Part shown: positions 26,611-39,400 of the stretch, one piece after another | Layout of the letters: each line of letters opens with the position of its first letter | How positions within the stretch are numbered: the first letter of the stretch is position 1 | DNA from: Chrysomallon squamiferum | Taxonomy: Eukaryota; Animalia; Mollusca | NCBI GenBank assembly: GCA_012295275.1 | Contig: CM022676.1 | Span: 2,294,001-2,358,000 of the forward strand | Direction of reading: 5' to 3' | Length of the DNA stretch: 64,000 nucleotides | The notes under the pieces: generated by a model | What the model saw: only the letters and a program-made list of their open reading frames with translations | What the model was told of the DNA's origin: nothing | Databases searched by the model: none | Position numbers and translations under genes: made by a program

Positions 26611-27585
26611 AGTAAATGCACTTCACAGGTACTGATAGTAAAAAAAGATTAAAAGTAAGATTTTATTAATTCATATAAATAAAGGCTGCTTTCATTTCAG
26701 TACTTGATATATTATTTAAAATTCAGAAGCTTATAAGGGCAGAATATTAAGTTTAATCTAATTTAAGCACGAATTAAATCTCTAATAAGATTGGTAAAGA
26801 GTTAATAAATTAAGAAGTTAATATATTCTGTTAAACAAAATAACCAACACACTGAAGAATGATAAGAACATGAAAGTGGAAATAACTGTCGACGAAGCTT
26901 TTAAAACAATTCGTAAAATAATTCTTGAGGAAGCTTTCAAAACAATTCTTTCTTTCTTTTTTTTTTTCTTTATTCATTGCGCTGATTTGTTGTTCTCTTT
27001 ATTTTGTATAAGTGCAGTGTTGGGTGTCATATATTTATAGTTCTGCAGTGGTTGTTTTATATTTATAGCTGAGTATCTTTATCAGGTATCTTTATCAGGT
27101 ATCTGTGTCAGGTACATGCGATGTTATCTGATTGATGCTGCAGAAAACTAATACACATATTCAGACGGTTACATTATATAATTTATTTTTGAAGTATATA
27201 AATACTCAGTAGTATTAAATACTCAGGCTTTCTTTCAGTGAATTGGTAGTGGGGGTATTCTTCTGTGAATGTGTTTTTACACACATACATAGATAGACTG
27301 ATAGATAGATACATGGATGGATGGATGGAGAGACAGACAGACAGACTGAGAGACACAGACAGACAGAAGATAAAAGTCTATATTATAACGAATCTTATGT
27401 CATAATCAAATAAATTAAACACTCATGACAATTTCAGTTTCAGTGGTATTTATAAATGATTAAGCCGATCTGTTATCTCATCAGCATGAAATAAGACAAA
27501 ATTAAAATAAAATATTGCAAAACAGCAACAGAAAAGCTATTATCAAGATTTACGATAAGTGTTAATTGTTATTTATTTATAGTCA
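24516..27585. repeat. Direct tandem duplication: 24516-26353 (1838 bp) and 26354-27585, the second unit missing ~25445-26035
   Basis: CATATAATCTATTTATGC...(AAT)n(AAAT)n...GTCGACGAAGCTT blocks are repeated nearly identically. Confidence 0.88.
25528..25790 (-). pseudogene. Copy C: orphan TM exon (25790-25697) and candidate short tail exon (25594-25528)
   Basis: AG|GT GAA CCG...EPAISKPTDAVPAVHSVCSMLLVVVGVVIFV|GTAAGT in phases 1-2 like the other TM exons; the next acceptor gives KPAPFETLVQPTLIYCEQTPE*; no Ig exons adjacent on this strand. Confidence 0.6.
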
Positions 27586-27901
27586 CATTATTGGACTGCG
27601 AATTGAAATGAACCTTTTTGAGTTAAATGAATACATTTCTCAAGAGTATTTATTTGATAAAAAATAATGCCATTTTGATCGCATCATCTAAGTGATTTGT
27701 ATTTAATTAGATATAAACTATTTGTAAGTAAACTTAATGAATAAAAAATGTATCACAATTTCAGCGTCTCAGTATCTGTTTCACAATATAAACGACGTCG
27801 TTCGTTAGCAGAATCAAATTACACTAAATGTAAAATATACTAAATGTGCTCACCCGAAACAGAAATCAAAGTCTACTTGTTACAAACAAAATTAAACTTA
27901 C

Positions 27902-27936
27902 TTGAATTTCAGTGGTAACGTTTACGTATGTGGTTC
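27902..27936 (-). other. Candidate 35-nt stalk mini-exon of copy C
   Basis: TTTTAG|GA ACC ACA TAC GTA AAC GTT ACC ACT GAA ATT CAA|GTAAGT, next to intron-3-homologous sequence (27950-28140); length is not frame-preserving. Confidence 0.4.
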
Positions 27937-28144
27937 CTAAAACGAAAAACAAAATTATCAATTACGTAATCCAATAAGCAGAGTTCTACAACAAACGGCA
28001 AAACATACAGATTAACAAGTTGAAACTGGATATAACAACGTTATAGTCGCTGCTATTTTCTTCCATTAAATCATTTCAATTCAGTTGCCTTTTTAAAACA
28101 ATTTTATTATACGTAGCATATAACATAACAATGGTTTGTTACAT

Positions 28145-29165
28145 AATTAAGAAATTAAGTAAGTAAATAAGTAAATAAGCAAGTAAATAACCTAAGTAAG
28201 TAATAAAGGAAGTATGTTCGAAAATAATCACCTAAGTAAGTAAGTACTTAAATATTTAGCTAAGAAAGAAGAAACTTAATTAAGAACGTAAATAATTACT
28301 TAAGTAAGTACTAAAGAGAGGAAAGAGTACGTAAATAATTAACTAATTAAGAAATAAAGTAAGTAAGTAAGAAAGTAAATCATTACCTAAGTAAGTAAGA
28401 AAGGAAGTATGTTCGTAAATAATCAACTAGGTAAGTAAGTACGTAAATAATTAGGTAAGAAAGAAAGAACGTAAGTAAGTACGTAAACAATTACTTGGGA
28501 AAGAAGAAATGCAAGTAAGAACGTAAATATTTAGCTAAGAGAGTAACAAAGCAAGTAAGTAAGAATGCAAATAATTACCTAATTAAGAAATAAAGTAAGT
28601 AACAACGTAAATAATTATCTAATTAAGACAAAAGTAAGTAAGTAAGAATGAAAATAATTACCTAAGTAAGTAATAAAGGAAGTAGGTTCGAAAATAATCA
28701 CGTAAGTAAGTAAGCACCAAAGTGACTTAGTACGTAAATAATTACCTAATTACGAAATAAAGTAAGTAAGTCAGTAGATAATTACCTAAGTAAGTAAGAA
28801 AGGAAGTGTGTTCGCAAATAATCAACTAAGTAACTACGTAAATAATTAGGTAAGAAAGAAAGAACGTAACTACGTAAATAATTACATAATTAAGAGAAAT
28901 AGTAAATTAGTAAGTAAGTAAGTAAATATTTGCCTAAGAAGGTAAGAAAGGAAGTATATTCGTAAGTAATTACCTTAGTAAGTAAGTACGTAAACAATTA
29001 CGTAAGTAAGAACGAAAGTAAATAAGTACGTATATAATTACCTAAATAAGAACGCAAATAATTACCTCAGTAATTATGAAAGTATGTGTGTACGTAACCA
29101 ATTACCTAAGTAATTGAGAAAGCAAGTTATTACATAAATAATTACCTAATTAATAAATAAAGTAA
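28145..29165 (+). repeat. GTAAGT-rich satellite, forward orientation
   Basis: Same monomer as 13130-18112. Confidence 0.92.
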
Positions 29166-29397
29166 ATTTTCACCGTACAGGGGATCTAGTCGTTTACAAG
29201 ATCCATCATAGGCATTACACTGTTGAGACAGTAATTTATTAACGTAATGGTATAATTCTACCCGCATCAACTACATAAACAACTGATCGACAAAGAGACC
29301 ATTTTGAATTATTTCTAAATTATTTAACGATGTATTTTGGAATAATACTAAAGAAAATAAATCCAAATTCGGTTTTTTATAGAAAAAATATATATAA

Positions 29398-29441
<44 letters not shown>

Positions 29442-29497
29442 GTAAAATTTCTTGATGACAAAATTTGGTGATGAAATCACGATAAAATCAATAGATT

Positions 29498-29499
<2 letters not shown>

Positions 29500-29570
<71 letters not shown>
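29500..29570. repeat. (GT)n microsatellite
   Basis: Perfect run. Confidence 0.97.
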
Positions 29571-29571
<1 letters not shown>

Positions 29572-30244
29572 GCTTATACGTCCCTAATAATACAGATTAC
29601 GTTAAATAATTACTGCATCAAATTAAATAAGGGCATTTTACCAAATCCCTCTTATTAAAGTAAGACCAAAATTTCAAGTTTCTTTTCTATTATCTCCATG
29701 TAAACGAAAGTGAACCTCGGGTTATGGAAGCCCTGGCTTGTCTCGTCTCTTTTTTTTCTTCAGATGCCACATTTACTTTTAAAATATTATCTGTAGTTAG
29801 TATCCTGAATAAAGAAATATCTACTGAAACATTTTTTTCACGGATATGTGGGTTTCAGTGTAGAAATAAAGACGAACTTATAAAACTTAATCAACATTGA
29901 TATATTTGAAACATTTCATTTTTGTTATTACTTATTATATAACGAAATAAGTGAAGATGTTATTATATTAGGTAAACGCATTTGAAAAACTGTCGTTTGT
30001 TATAATTGATTTTCTAAAATTACCATTGAAAATAAGTGAAGGCGTGATTTTTATGTAATATGAATTGGTGATGTACTTCAGAAATTTTATTTCTGTTATT
30101 TATGATTGTTTAAAATATGACAGCAGATACAAAATATAAAATACTCAAAACGAACATTTTTAACACAACATCTATTTTTAAAAAAGTTTACAGAATTACA
30201 GAAAATCACAGTGTTTTTTTATTTCGTGTTTTTGTCTGTTTCAG

Positions 30245-30447
30245 CTAAGCCAGGTGAAATTGAAATGATCGTTACACCAAAAAAGGAGTTAAACTTCTAT
30301 ACTGTCAATGAAACTGTACAGTTCGGGTGTAATGGAAATGTTGGTAACCCAGCCCAATGGTAGTCGTGGCAGTTGCAGTACACTGGTGACATGATGTGGA
30401 TATCGTACCCATACACAGACAGAATCAAAGATGAACCACCTACTCTT
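30245..30447 (+). pseudogene. Copy D: 5' part of a C2-like Ig exon, cut by satellite
   Basis: TTTCAG acceptor; KPGEIEMIVTPKKE...[12 protein letters not shown] (TAG 30361-30363)...YPYTDRIKDEPPTL, then an abrupt switch to satellite. Confidence 0.85.
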
Positions 30448-33400
30448 ATGCACGTACTTACATGCTATCGTACTGTATTAGGTAATTATTTACTTACTTT
30501 TACTTACTTTGTTTCTTAATTAGGTAGTTATTTATGTACTAACTCTCTTTTGTACTTACTCAGGTGATTATTTACATACTTACTTGCTTTCTTTCTCATT
30601 ATTTATGTACTTATTATATACGTACGTATTTATTTACTTTATTGCTTTTCATAGGTAATTATTTCGAACCTACTTACTTTTTTCTTTACATACGTAATTC
30701 TTTACGTACTTACTTGCTTTCTTTGTTTCCATAGGTATTTATTTACGTATTTTCCACTTTCTTTCTTACTTAGATAATTGATTTATTGACTTACTTACTT
30801 CGTTTTACTTAATTATTCCATTAACGTACTGTACTTAGGCAATTAACTTAGGTAATTATTTACTTTCTTTGCTTCTTTAGATAGTTATTAACGTACCTAA
30901 TTATTTTCTTTCTTTCTTCTAGGTAATTATTTGCTATGTCCCATGGTACCTTTTTAATTTCTCATTAATTAGTAAATTACTTACATACTTACTTTCTTTC
31001 TTGTTTCCTTTTTACGAAATTTACATTTGTTTTTCTTTGGCAGCTAATTATTTACTAGTTACTTACTTAGGTAATTATTTAGCCACTCACTTATTTTCTT
31101 TCTTACTTAGATAATTGTTAATATACTTATTTAGATTCTCACTTACTTAGCTAATTATTTACGTACTTACTTCCTTTATTTCTTACTTAGGAAATTATTT
31201 ACGTACTTATTAGATTTCTATCTTACTCAGGTAGTTATTCATGTACTTACTTAATTTCTTTATTACTTACATTATTTCACATAATTGACATGGTACCTAC
31301 TTACTTTCTGACTTAGTTAGATAATTATTTAAGAACTTACTTTCTTTCCTGCTTTCCTAATTATTAGTTATGGTTCCTACTTACTTTCTCCTATACTTAG
31401 GTAATTATCTACGTACTTAATTGATTTCTTTCTTATTTAGGTGATTATTTACTTTCTTACATAGATAATTATTAATGTACTTACTTACATTCTCAATTAC
31501 TTGGGTAATTACTCGCTTCCTTGCTTACTTAGGTCATTATTTACGTACTTACTTTCTTTCTTACTTAGATAATTGTTAATCTACTTACTTACATTCTCAG
31601 TTGCTTAGTTATTTGCTTCCTTTCTTCCTTAAGTCATTATTTAATTACATACTTACTTTCTTTCTTACTTACATATTTTTTAATATCTTTACTTAAATTC
31701 TCACTTACTTAGGATACTACTTAATTACTCGCTTCTATGCTAACTTAGGCAATTGTTTACGAACTTACTTACTTTCTTACTTAGATAATTGTTAATGTAC
31801 TTACTTACATTCTCACTTACTTAGGTTCCTATTTACTTACTTACTCCCTTCCTTGATAACTTAGATCATTATTTACGTTCTTACTTTCTTAATTAGATAG
31901 TTGTCAATAAATGTACTTACATTCTCACTTACTTAGTTACTTTCTTCCTTGCTTACTTAGGTCATTATTTACGTACTTACTTACTTTCTTTCTTACTTAG
32001 ATAATTGTTAATGTACTTACTTACATTCTCACTCACATATATTACTGTTTACTTATGTACTCTCTTCCTTGCAAACTCAAGTCATTACATACATACTTGC
32101 CTACTTTCTTACTTAGATCATTGCTAATATACTTACTTACATTCTCACTTAATTAGTTATTCGCTTCCTTTCTTACTTAGGTAATTGTTAATGTCTTTAC
32201 TTAAATTCTCACTTACTTAGGTTACTACTTACTTACTCGATACCATGCTAACTTAGGCCATTATTTACGTACTAACTTACTTTCTTACATGGATAATTGT
32301 TAACGTACTTACTTACATTCTCACTTAGTTAGTTTAGTATTTACTTACTTATTCGCTTCCTTCATAACTTACGTCATTATTTACGTACTTACTTTCTTAC
32401 TTAGATAATTGTTAATGTACTTACTTACATTTTCTCTTACTTCGTTACTTCCTTCCTTGCTCACTTAGGTAATAACATACTTACTTTCTTTCTTACTTAC
32501 ATAACTGATAACGTAATTACATACATTGTCAATTAATTAGGTTACTATTTACTTACTTGCTCGCTTCCTTACTAACATAGGTCATTATTTACGTACTCAC
32601 TTTCTTACTTAGATAATTGTTAATGTGCTTACTTGCATTCTGAGATCGGTACTTGCTTCCTTCCTTTCTTAGGTCATTATTTACTCACTTACTTTCTTTC
32701 TTACTTAGATAATTGTTAAATTACTTACTTGCATTCTCACTTACTTATATTTTTCCTTCCTTTCTTACTTAGGTAATTATTTACTTACATATTTACTTTC
32801 TTTCTTACTTATATAATTGTTAATGTACTTACTTACATTCTCACTTACTTAGGTTACAATTTACTAACTTACTCGCTTCCTTCCTAACTTAGGTAATTAT
32901 TTCCGTACTTATTTTCTTTCTTACTTAAATAATTGTTAATGTACTTGCATACATTCTCACTTATTAGGTTACTATATATTTACTTACTCGCTTCATTGCT
33001 AACTTAGGCCATTGTTTAAGTACATACTTTCTTTCTTACTTAGATAATTGCTAATGTATTAACATACATTCTCACTAACTTAGTTAATAAAATAGAAAAA
33101 TTAGGCCATTATTTACGTTCTTACTTTCTTACTTAGATAATTGTTAATGTAGTTAGTTGCGTTCTCACTTACTTAGTTACTTGCTTCTTTGATTACATAA
33201 GTCATTATTTACGTACTTAATTACTTTCCTTCTTACTTAGATAACTGTTAATATACTTACATACATTCTCACTTACTTAGTAATTTCCTTCCTTTCTTAC
33301 TTAAGTCATAATTTTCTTACATGCTTAGTTTTTTTCTTACTTACAAAATTGTTAATGTACCTACTTACATTCTCACTTACTTAGGTTACTATTTACACAC

Positions 33401-36400
33401 TAACTCGCTTCATTGATAACTGAGGTCATTATTTACGTTGTTACTTTCTTACTTAGGAAATTGTTAATCTAATTAATTGCATTCTCACTTCGTTACTTGC
33501 TACATTGCTTACTTAGGACATTATTTAAATACTTACGAACTTACTTTCCTACTTAGATAATTGTTAATATACTTACTTAAATTCTAACTTACTTAGGTTT
33601 GTCTTTACTTACTTACTCGCTTCCTTGCTCAATTAGGCATTATTTACGAAATTACTTACTTTCCTAATTAGATAATTGTCAAAAATGTACTTATATTCTC
33701 ACTTACTTAGTTACATTCTTCCTTGCTTACTCAGGTTATTATTTACGTACTTACTTACTTTCGTCCTTACTTAGATCGTTGTTAATGAACTTACTTTCAT
33801 TCTCACTTACTTAGGTTACTATTTACTAACTTACTCGCTTCCTTGCTAACTTAGGCCATTATGTAAGTACTTACGTACTTTCTTACTTAGATGATTGCTA
33901 ATGTACTTATATTCTCACTAACTTAGTTACTTGCTTCCTTGCTTACATAGACAATTTTTAAGTACATACTTTCTTTGTTACTTAGATAACTGTTAATGTA
34001 CTTACTTGCATTCTCACTTACTTAGGTTACTATTTACTTACTTACTCGCTTCCTTCCTATATTAGGCATTATTTACGAAATTACTTACTTTCTAAAGTAG
34101 ATAATTCTCAATAAATGTACTTACATTCTCACTTACTTAGTTACATTCTTACTTACTTACTTACTTAGGTCATTATTTACGTACTTACTTACTTTTTTCT
34201 TACTTAGATAATTGTTAATGCTCTTACTTAAATTTTCACTCACTTAGATTACTGCTTACTTACTCGCTTCCCTGCTTTCTTAGGCCATTATTTACGTACT
34301 TACTTACATTCATACTTAGATAATTGTTAATGTACTTACTTACATTCTTACTTATTAGGTTACTATTTACTTACTTACTCGCTTCCTTGCTATATTAGGC
34401 ATTATTTACGAAATTACTTACTTTCTAAAGTAGATCATTCTCAATAAATGTACTTACATTCTCACTTCCTTAGTCACTTTCTTCCTTGCTTTCTTAGGTC
34501 ACTATTTACGTACTTTCTTACTTTCTTTCTTACTTAGATCATTGTTTATGTACTTACTTACATTCTCACTTACTTAGGTTACTCTTTACTTACTTACTCG
34601 CTTCCTTCCTAATTTAGGTACTTAATTACTTACTTTCTTCCATAGATAATTGTTAATGTACTTACTTACATTCTCTCTTACTTAGTTACTTCCTTGCTTG
34701 CTTACTTAGGTGATTATGTACGAACATACTTACTTTTCCTCTTACTTAGATCATTGTTAATGTACTTACTTACATTCTCACTTACTTAGGGTACTATTTA
34801 CTTACTTACTGGTTTCATTGATAAATTAGGTCATTATTTACGTTCTTACTTTCCTACTTAGATAATTGTTAATATACTTACTTACATTCTAAGTTACTTA
34901 GATTATCATTTACTTACTTACTCGCTTCCTTACTAACTTAGGCGTTATTTACGAACTTATTTCTTAATTAGGTAATTGTTAATACATTTACTTACATTCT
35001 CACTTACTTAGTTACTTGCTCCCTTGCTTACTTAGGTCATTACTTACGTACATACTTACTTTCTTTCTTACTGAGATAAGTCATAATGTACTTACTTACA
35101 TTCTCACTGACTTAGTTATTTGCTTCCTTTCTTACTTGGGTCATTATTTACTTACATACTTACTCGCTTCCTTCATAACTTACGTCATTATTTACGTACT
35201 TACTTACTTTCTTACTTAGATAATTGTTAATGTACTTACATTTTCTCTTACTTCGTTACTTCCTTCCTTGCTCACTTAGGTAATTGTTTACGTACATACT
35301 TACTTTCTTTCTTACTTACATAATTGTTTATGTACCTACTTTCTTAGATTACTATTTACATACTTACTCGCTTCCTTGATAACTTAGGTCATGACTTATG
35401 TTCTTGCTTTCTTACTTAGATAATTGTTAATGTAATTAACTTTCTCACTTACTTAGGAAACTATCTTCATACTTACTTGGTTTCTAGCTTTCTTATGTAA
35501 GTATTTACGTACTTACTTGCTTTCTTGCTTACTTAGGAAATTACTCACGTACTTACTTACTTTTCTTCTTATTTATGTATTTGTCATTATACCTAATTAT
35601 TTTCACACTGACTTAATTATTTACGTACTTACTAACTTTCTTCCTTACTTTAGTATTTATCACGGCACCTACTTACTATCTCACTTACTTACGTAATTAT
35701 CAACGTAGTTACTTACTTTATTTCTTACTTAGATAATTGTTAAAGTACTTAGTTATATTGTCACTTACTAATATCATTCTTTACGTACTTACATTCTTGC
35801 TCAGTTAGATATTTGTTATGGTTCCTACTTACTTTTTCAGTTACTTAGGTAATTATTTACGTACTTTCTTGCTGACTAGCTGACTTATGTAATTATTTAC
35901 GTACTTACTTACTTTCTTTCTTACTTAGATAATTACTAATGTACATACTTATATTCTCACTTACTAGCTTTCTTGCTTACTTCGAAAATTACTCACGCAC
36001 TTACTTTCCTTCCTACTTAGGTATTTGTCATGTTACCTACTTACCTTCTCACTTACTTACGTAATTACTTACGTACTTACTTTCTTTCTTACTTTCGTTA
36101 TTTAGGTAATTATTTACATACTTTCTTGCTTACATACGCAATTGTAATGGTTCCTACTTACTTTCTCACTTACTTAGGAAATTAGTCACGTACTTACTTT
36201 GTTTCTTACTTAGGAATTTGTCACAGTACGTACTTACTTCCTCAGTTGAAGTACACTGGTGACATGATGTGGATATCGTACCCATACACAGACAGAATCA
36301 AAGATGAACCACCTACACTTGTGTACGTACTTAATTGCTATCGTACTGTATTAGGTAATTATTTACTTACTTACTTACTTTATTTCTTAATTAGGTAGTT

Positions 36401-39400
36401 ATTTATGTACTAACTCGCTTTTGTACTTACTCAGGTGATTATTTACGTACTTACTTGCTTTCTTACTTAGGTAATTATTTATATATTTACTTGCTTTCTT
36501 CTTTACTTAGGAAATTAGTCACGTAGTTACTTACTTTCATTCTTACTAACTAATTTGTGATGGTACCTACTTACTTTCTCACATACTTAGGTAATTATTT
36601 AAGTACTTAATTGCTTTCTTTCTTACTTAGGAAATTACTTCCGTACTTACTTCCTTTCTTTGTTACTTATGTATTTGTTAATGTTTTTACTCATATTCTC
36701 ACTTACTTATGAACTTGTTTACGTACTTACTTACTTTCTTGCGTACATAGGTATTTGTTATTTTTCCTACTTACTCACTTACTTAGGTAATTATTTATGC
36801 ACTTACTTTCTTTCTTGCTTACTTAGATATTTGTCATGGTACTTACTTACTTTCTCACATATTTAGGTAATTATTAACGTACTTACTTCCTTTCCTTCTT
36901 ACTTAGGACATTATTTACGTACTTAATTACGTTCTTTCTTACTTAGGTATTTGTCATAGTATCTACTTAGTTTCTCACTTACTTAGGTAATTATTCACGT
37001 ACTTACTTGCTTTCTTCCTTACTTAGGAAACTACTGACGCACTTACTTCCTTTCTTTCTTAATTACTAATGAAATTGTTTAGGTACTTACTTACTTTCTT
37101 CCTTACTTAGTGTATTTGTTATGGTCCCTACTTAATTTGTCAGTTACTTAGGTAATTATTTACGTACTTACAACCTTTCTAGTTTACTTAGGTAATAATT
37201 TATGGACTTAGTTACGTACATACTTACATAGAAACTGTACTTACATTCTCGCTTACTTAGGTAATTATTTCCTTACTTACTTTCTTTCTTTTTTTACTTA
37301 GATATTAGTTAAATTATTTTCTTTCTTTCTTATTAGTTAGTTACTTGTCATTGTACCTGCTTTCTTTTTCTCTTACTTTAATAAAAGTAAATTTTAACTT
37401 ACTTTCTTATTTTTACTTAGATATTTCTTACTTTAGATATTAGTTAATTTTATTTTTTTTATGTGATTATTTACTTACTTTTACTTACTTACTTTCTTAG
37501 TTAATTTTACTTAATTTTTTTTTTTCTATTCTTACTTAGGTTTTTACTTTACTTACTACTTTCTCAATTAGGTTTACTTTACTTTTTTCTTACTTAATTT
37601 TTTAATTTATTTTTTACTTACTTACTTTTCTTTTTTTGCTTACTTAGGAAATTTACGTACTTACTTACTTTGCTTTTCTTACTTATTTCTGCTTACTTAG
37701 TTTTAATATTTATTTAATTATCTACTTAGATACTTATCTACTTGCTTTCTTAATTTTAGGAAATTATTTAAATGTACTTACTTTATTTTCTTCCTTAACT
37801 TAGAAATTATTTACTGTATTTACTTTATACTTTAGATTCTTATCTATGTTTACTTGCTTAATTTCTTTCGGTTAATTATTTAGGTACTTATTTCTTTCTT
37901 TCTTACTTATTAAGATAATTAGATAATTATTTTCTTTCTTTTACTTATTATTTAATTTTACTTTCTTTTCTTTTTTAATTTAGGTTGTTAATTATTGTTA
38001 ATTACTTTCTCTTTCTTTAGATTATTGTTATTATTTATTAATGTTATTACTTTCTTTTCTTAATTTAATTTTTACTTATTTTTATTTTTAGATTATTTAT
38101 TGTTCTTACTTTTTTTCTTTTAATTAGATAATTCTTTTTTAATTCTTACTTACTTAGGTACTTTCTTTTTTTCTTTTAGGCTTATTTTTATTTTTAGTTT
38201 TTTTCTTTTTTCTTACTTAGTTATTATTTACTTTTTACTTTCTTTCTTTCTTTCTTAGATAATTATTTTATTTATTTACTCTTACTTAGGTATTTCTTAA
38301 TTCTTTTACTTTAGTTAAACATTTACATTTACTTACTTACTTCTTTTTTTTTTTTTACTTAGGTAATTATTTACTTACTTACTTTCTTTCTTTTCTTCTT
38401 ACTTTAGATAATTTTACTTATTAATTTTACTTACTTTCTTATTTCTTAATTTTTTATTTACTTAATTACTTTAGGTTCTTATTTATTTTTTCTTATTTCT
38501 TTTCTTTCATTTAATTTACTAATTTATTTTTTTTTCTTTTTCATTCTTTAACCTAGGTACTTTTATATTTTCTTACTTTCTTTCTTGATACTTGGTTTGA
38601 TGTACTTACTTACTTTTCTTTTTAATTTACTTAGGTATTTACTTTTAATTATTTTTTTTACTTTCTTTCTTTCTTACTTAGGTAATTTGTTTTTTTTAAT
38701 TTACTTACTTTCTTTTCTTTTTACTTTCTTAATTTAATTTATTTATTTACTTTTTTTTTTTCTTCTTACTTTTTATTTTTTACTTTTTGTGTTTTCTTAT
38801 TTATTTTTTTTTCTTAGTTTTTTTTTGATTGTTAAATTATTTATTCTCAATTCTCACTTTACTTAGGTAATTACTTTATTATTTCTTTTTTTTCTTTCTT
38901 TCTTTTTTTTTTTGTTTTTTACTTACTTTTTTCTTTTCTTTTTATTAGGTATTTACTTACATTACTTCTTTCTTCTCACTTACTTAGGTAATTATTTATG
39001 TTTTACTTTCTTTCTTGCTTATTATTAATTAGGACATTATTTGACATTTATTTTATTTGCTTTCTTTCTTTCTTTAGGTAAATATTGACATGGTATTACT
39101 TTCTTTCTTACTTTATTTTTTTTTCTTAGGAAAATAATTACTTACTTTTACTTTTTTTTTTTTCTTTCTTAGATACTTAGATATTTGTTAATGCCCTACT
39201 TTTTTTACATTCTCACTTTTAGTTAATTTTTTTACTTTCTTATTTACTTACTTTTTCTTTTTTCTTTCCTTAGATAATTGTTAATTGTAATTTTACATTC
39301 TTCTTTCTTTAGGTAATTATTTTACTTACTTATTTTTCTTTGCTTAACTTAGGATAACTTTATTTACTTACTTTTTTTTTTTTTTTTTCTTAATTTTAGG

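Noticed and set aside
30207-30213. CACAGTG heptamers near Ig exons (also ~49977, ~58568) as V(D)J signals
   Set aside because: No nonamer at 12/23 spacing, not flanking V exon ends, no J-like segments; V exons are already complete
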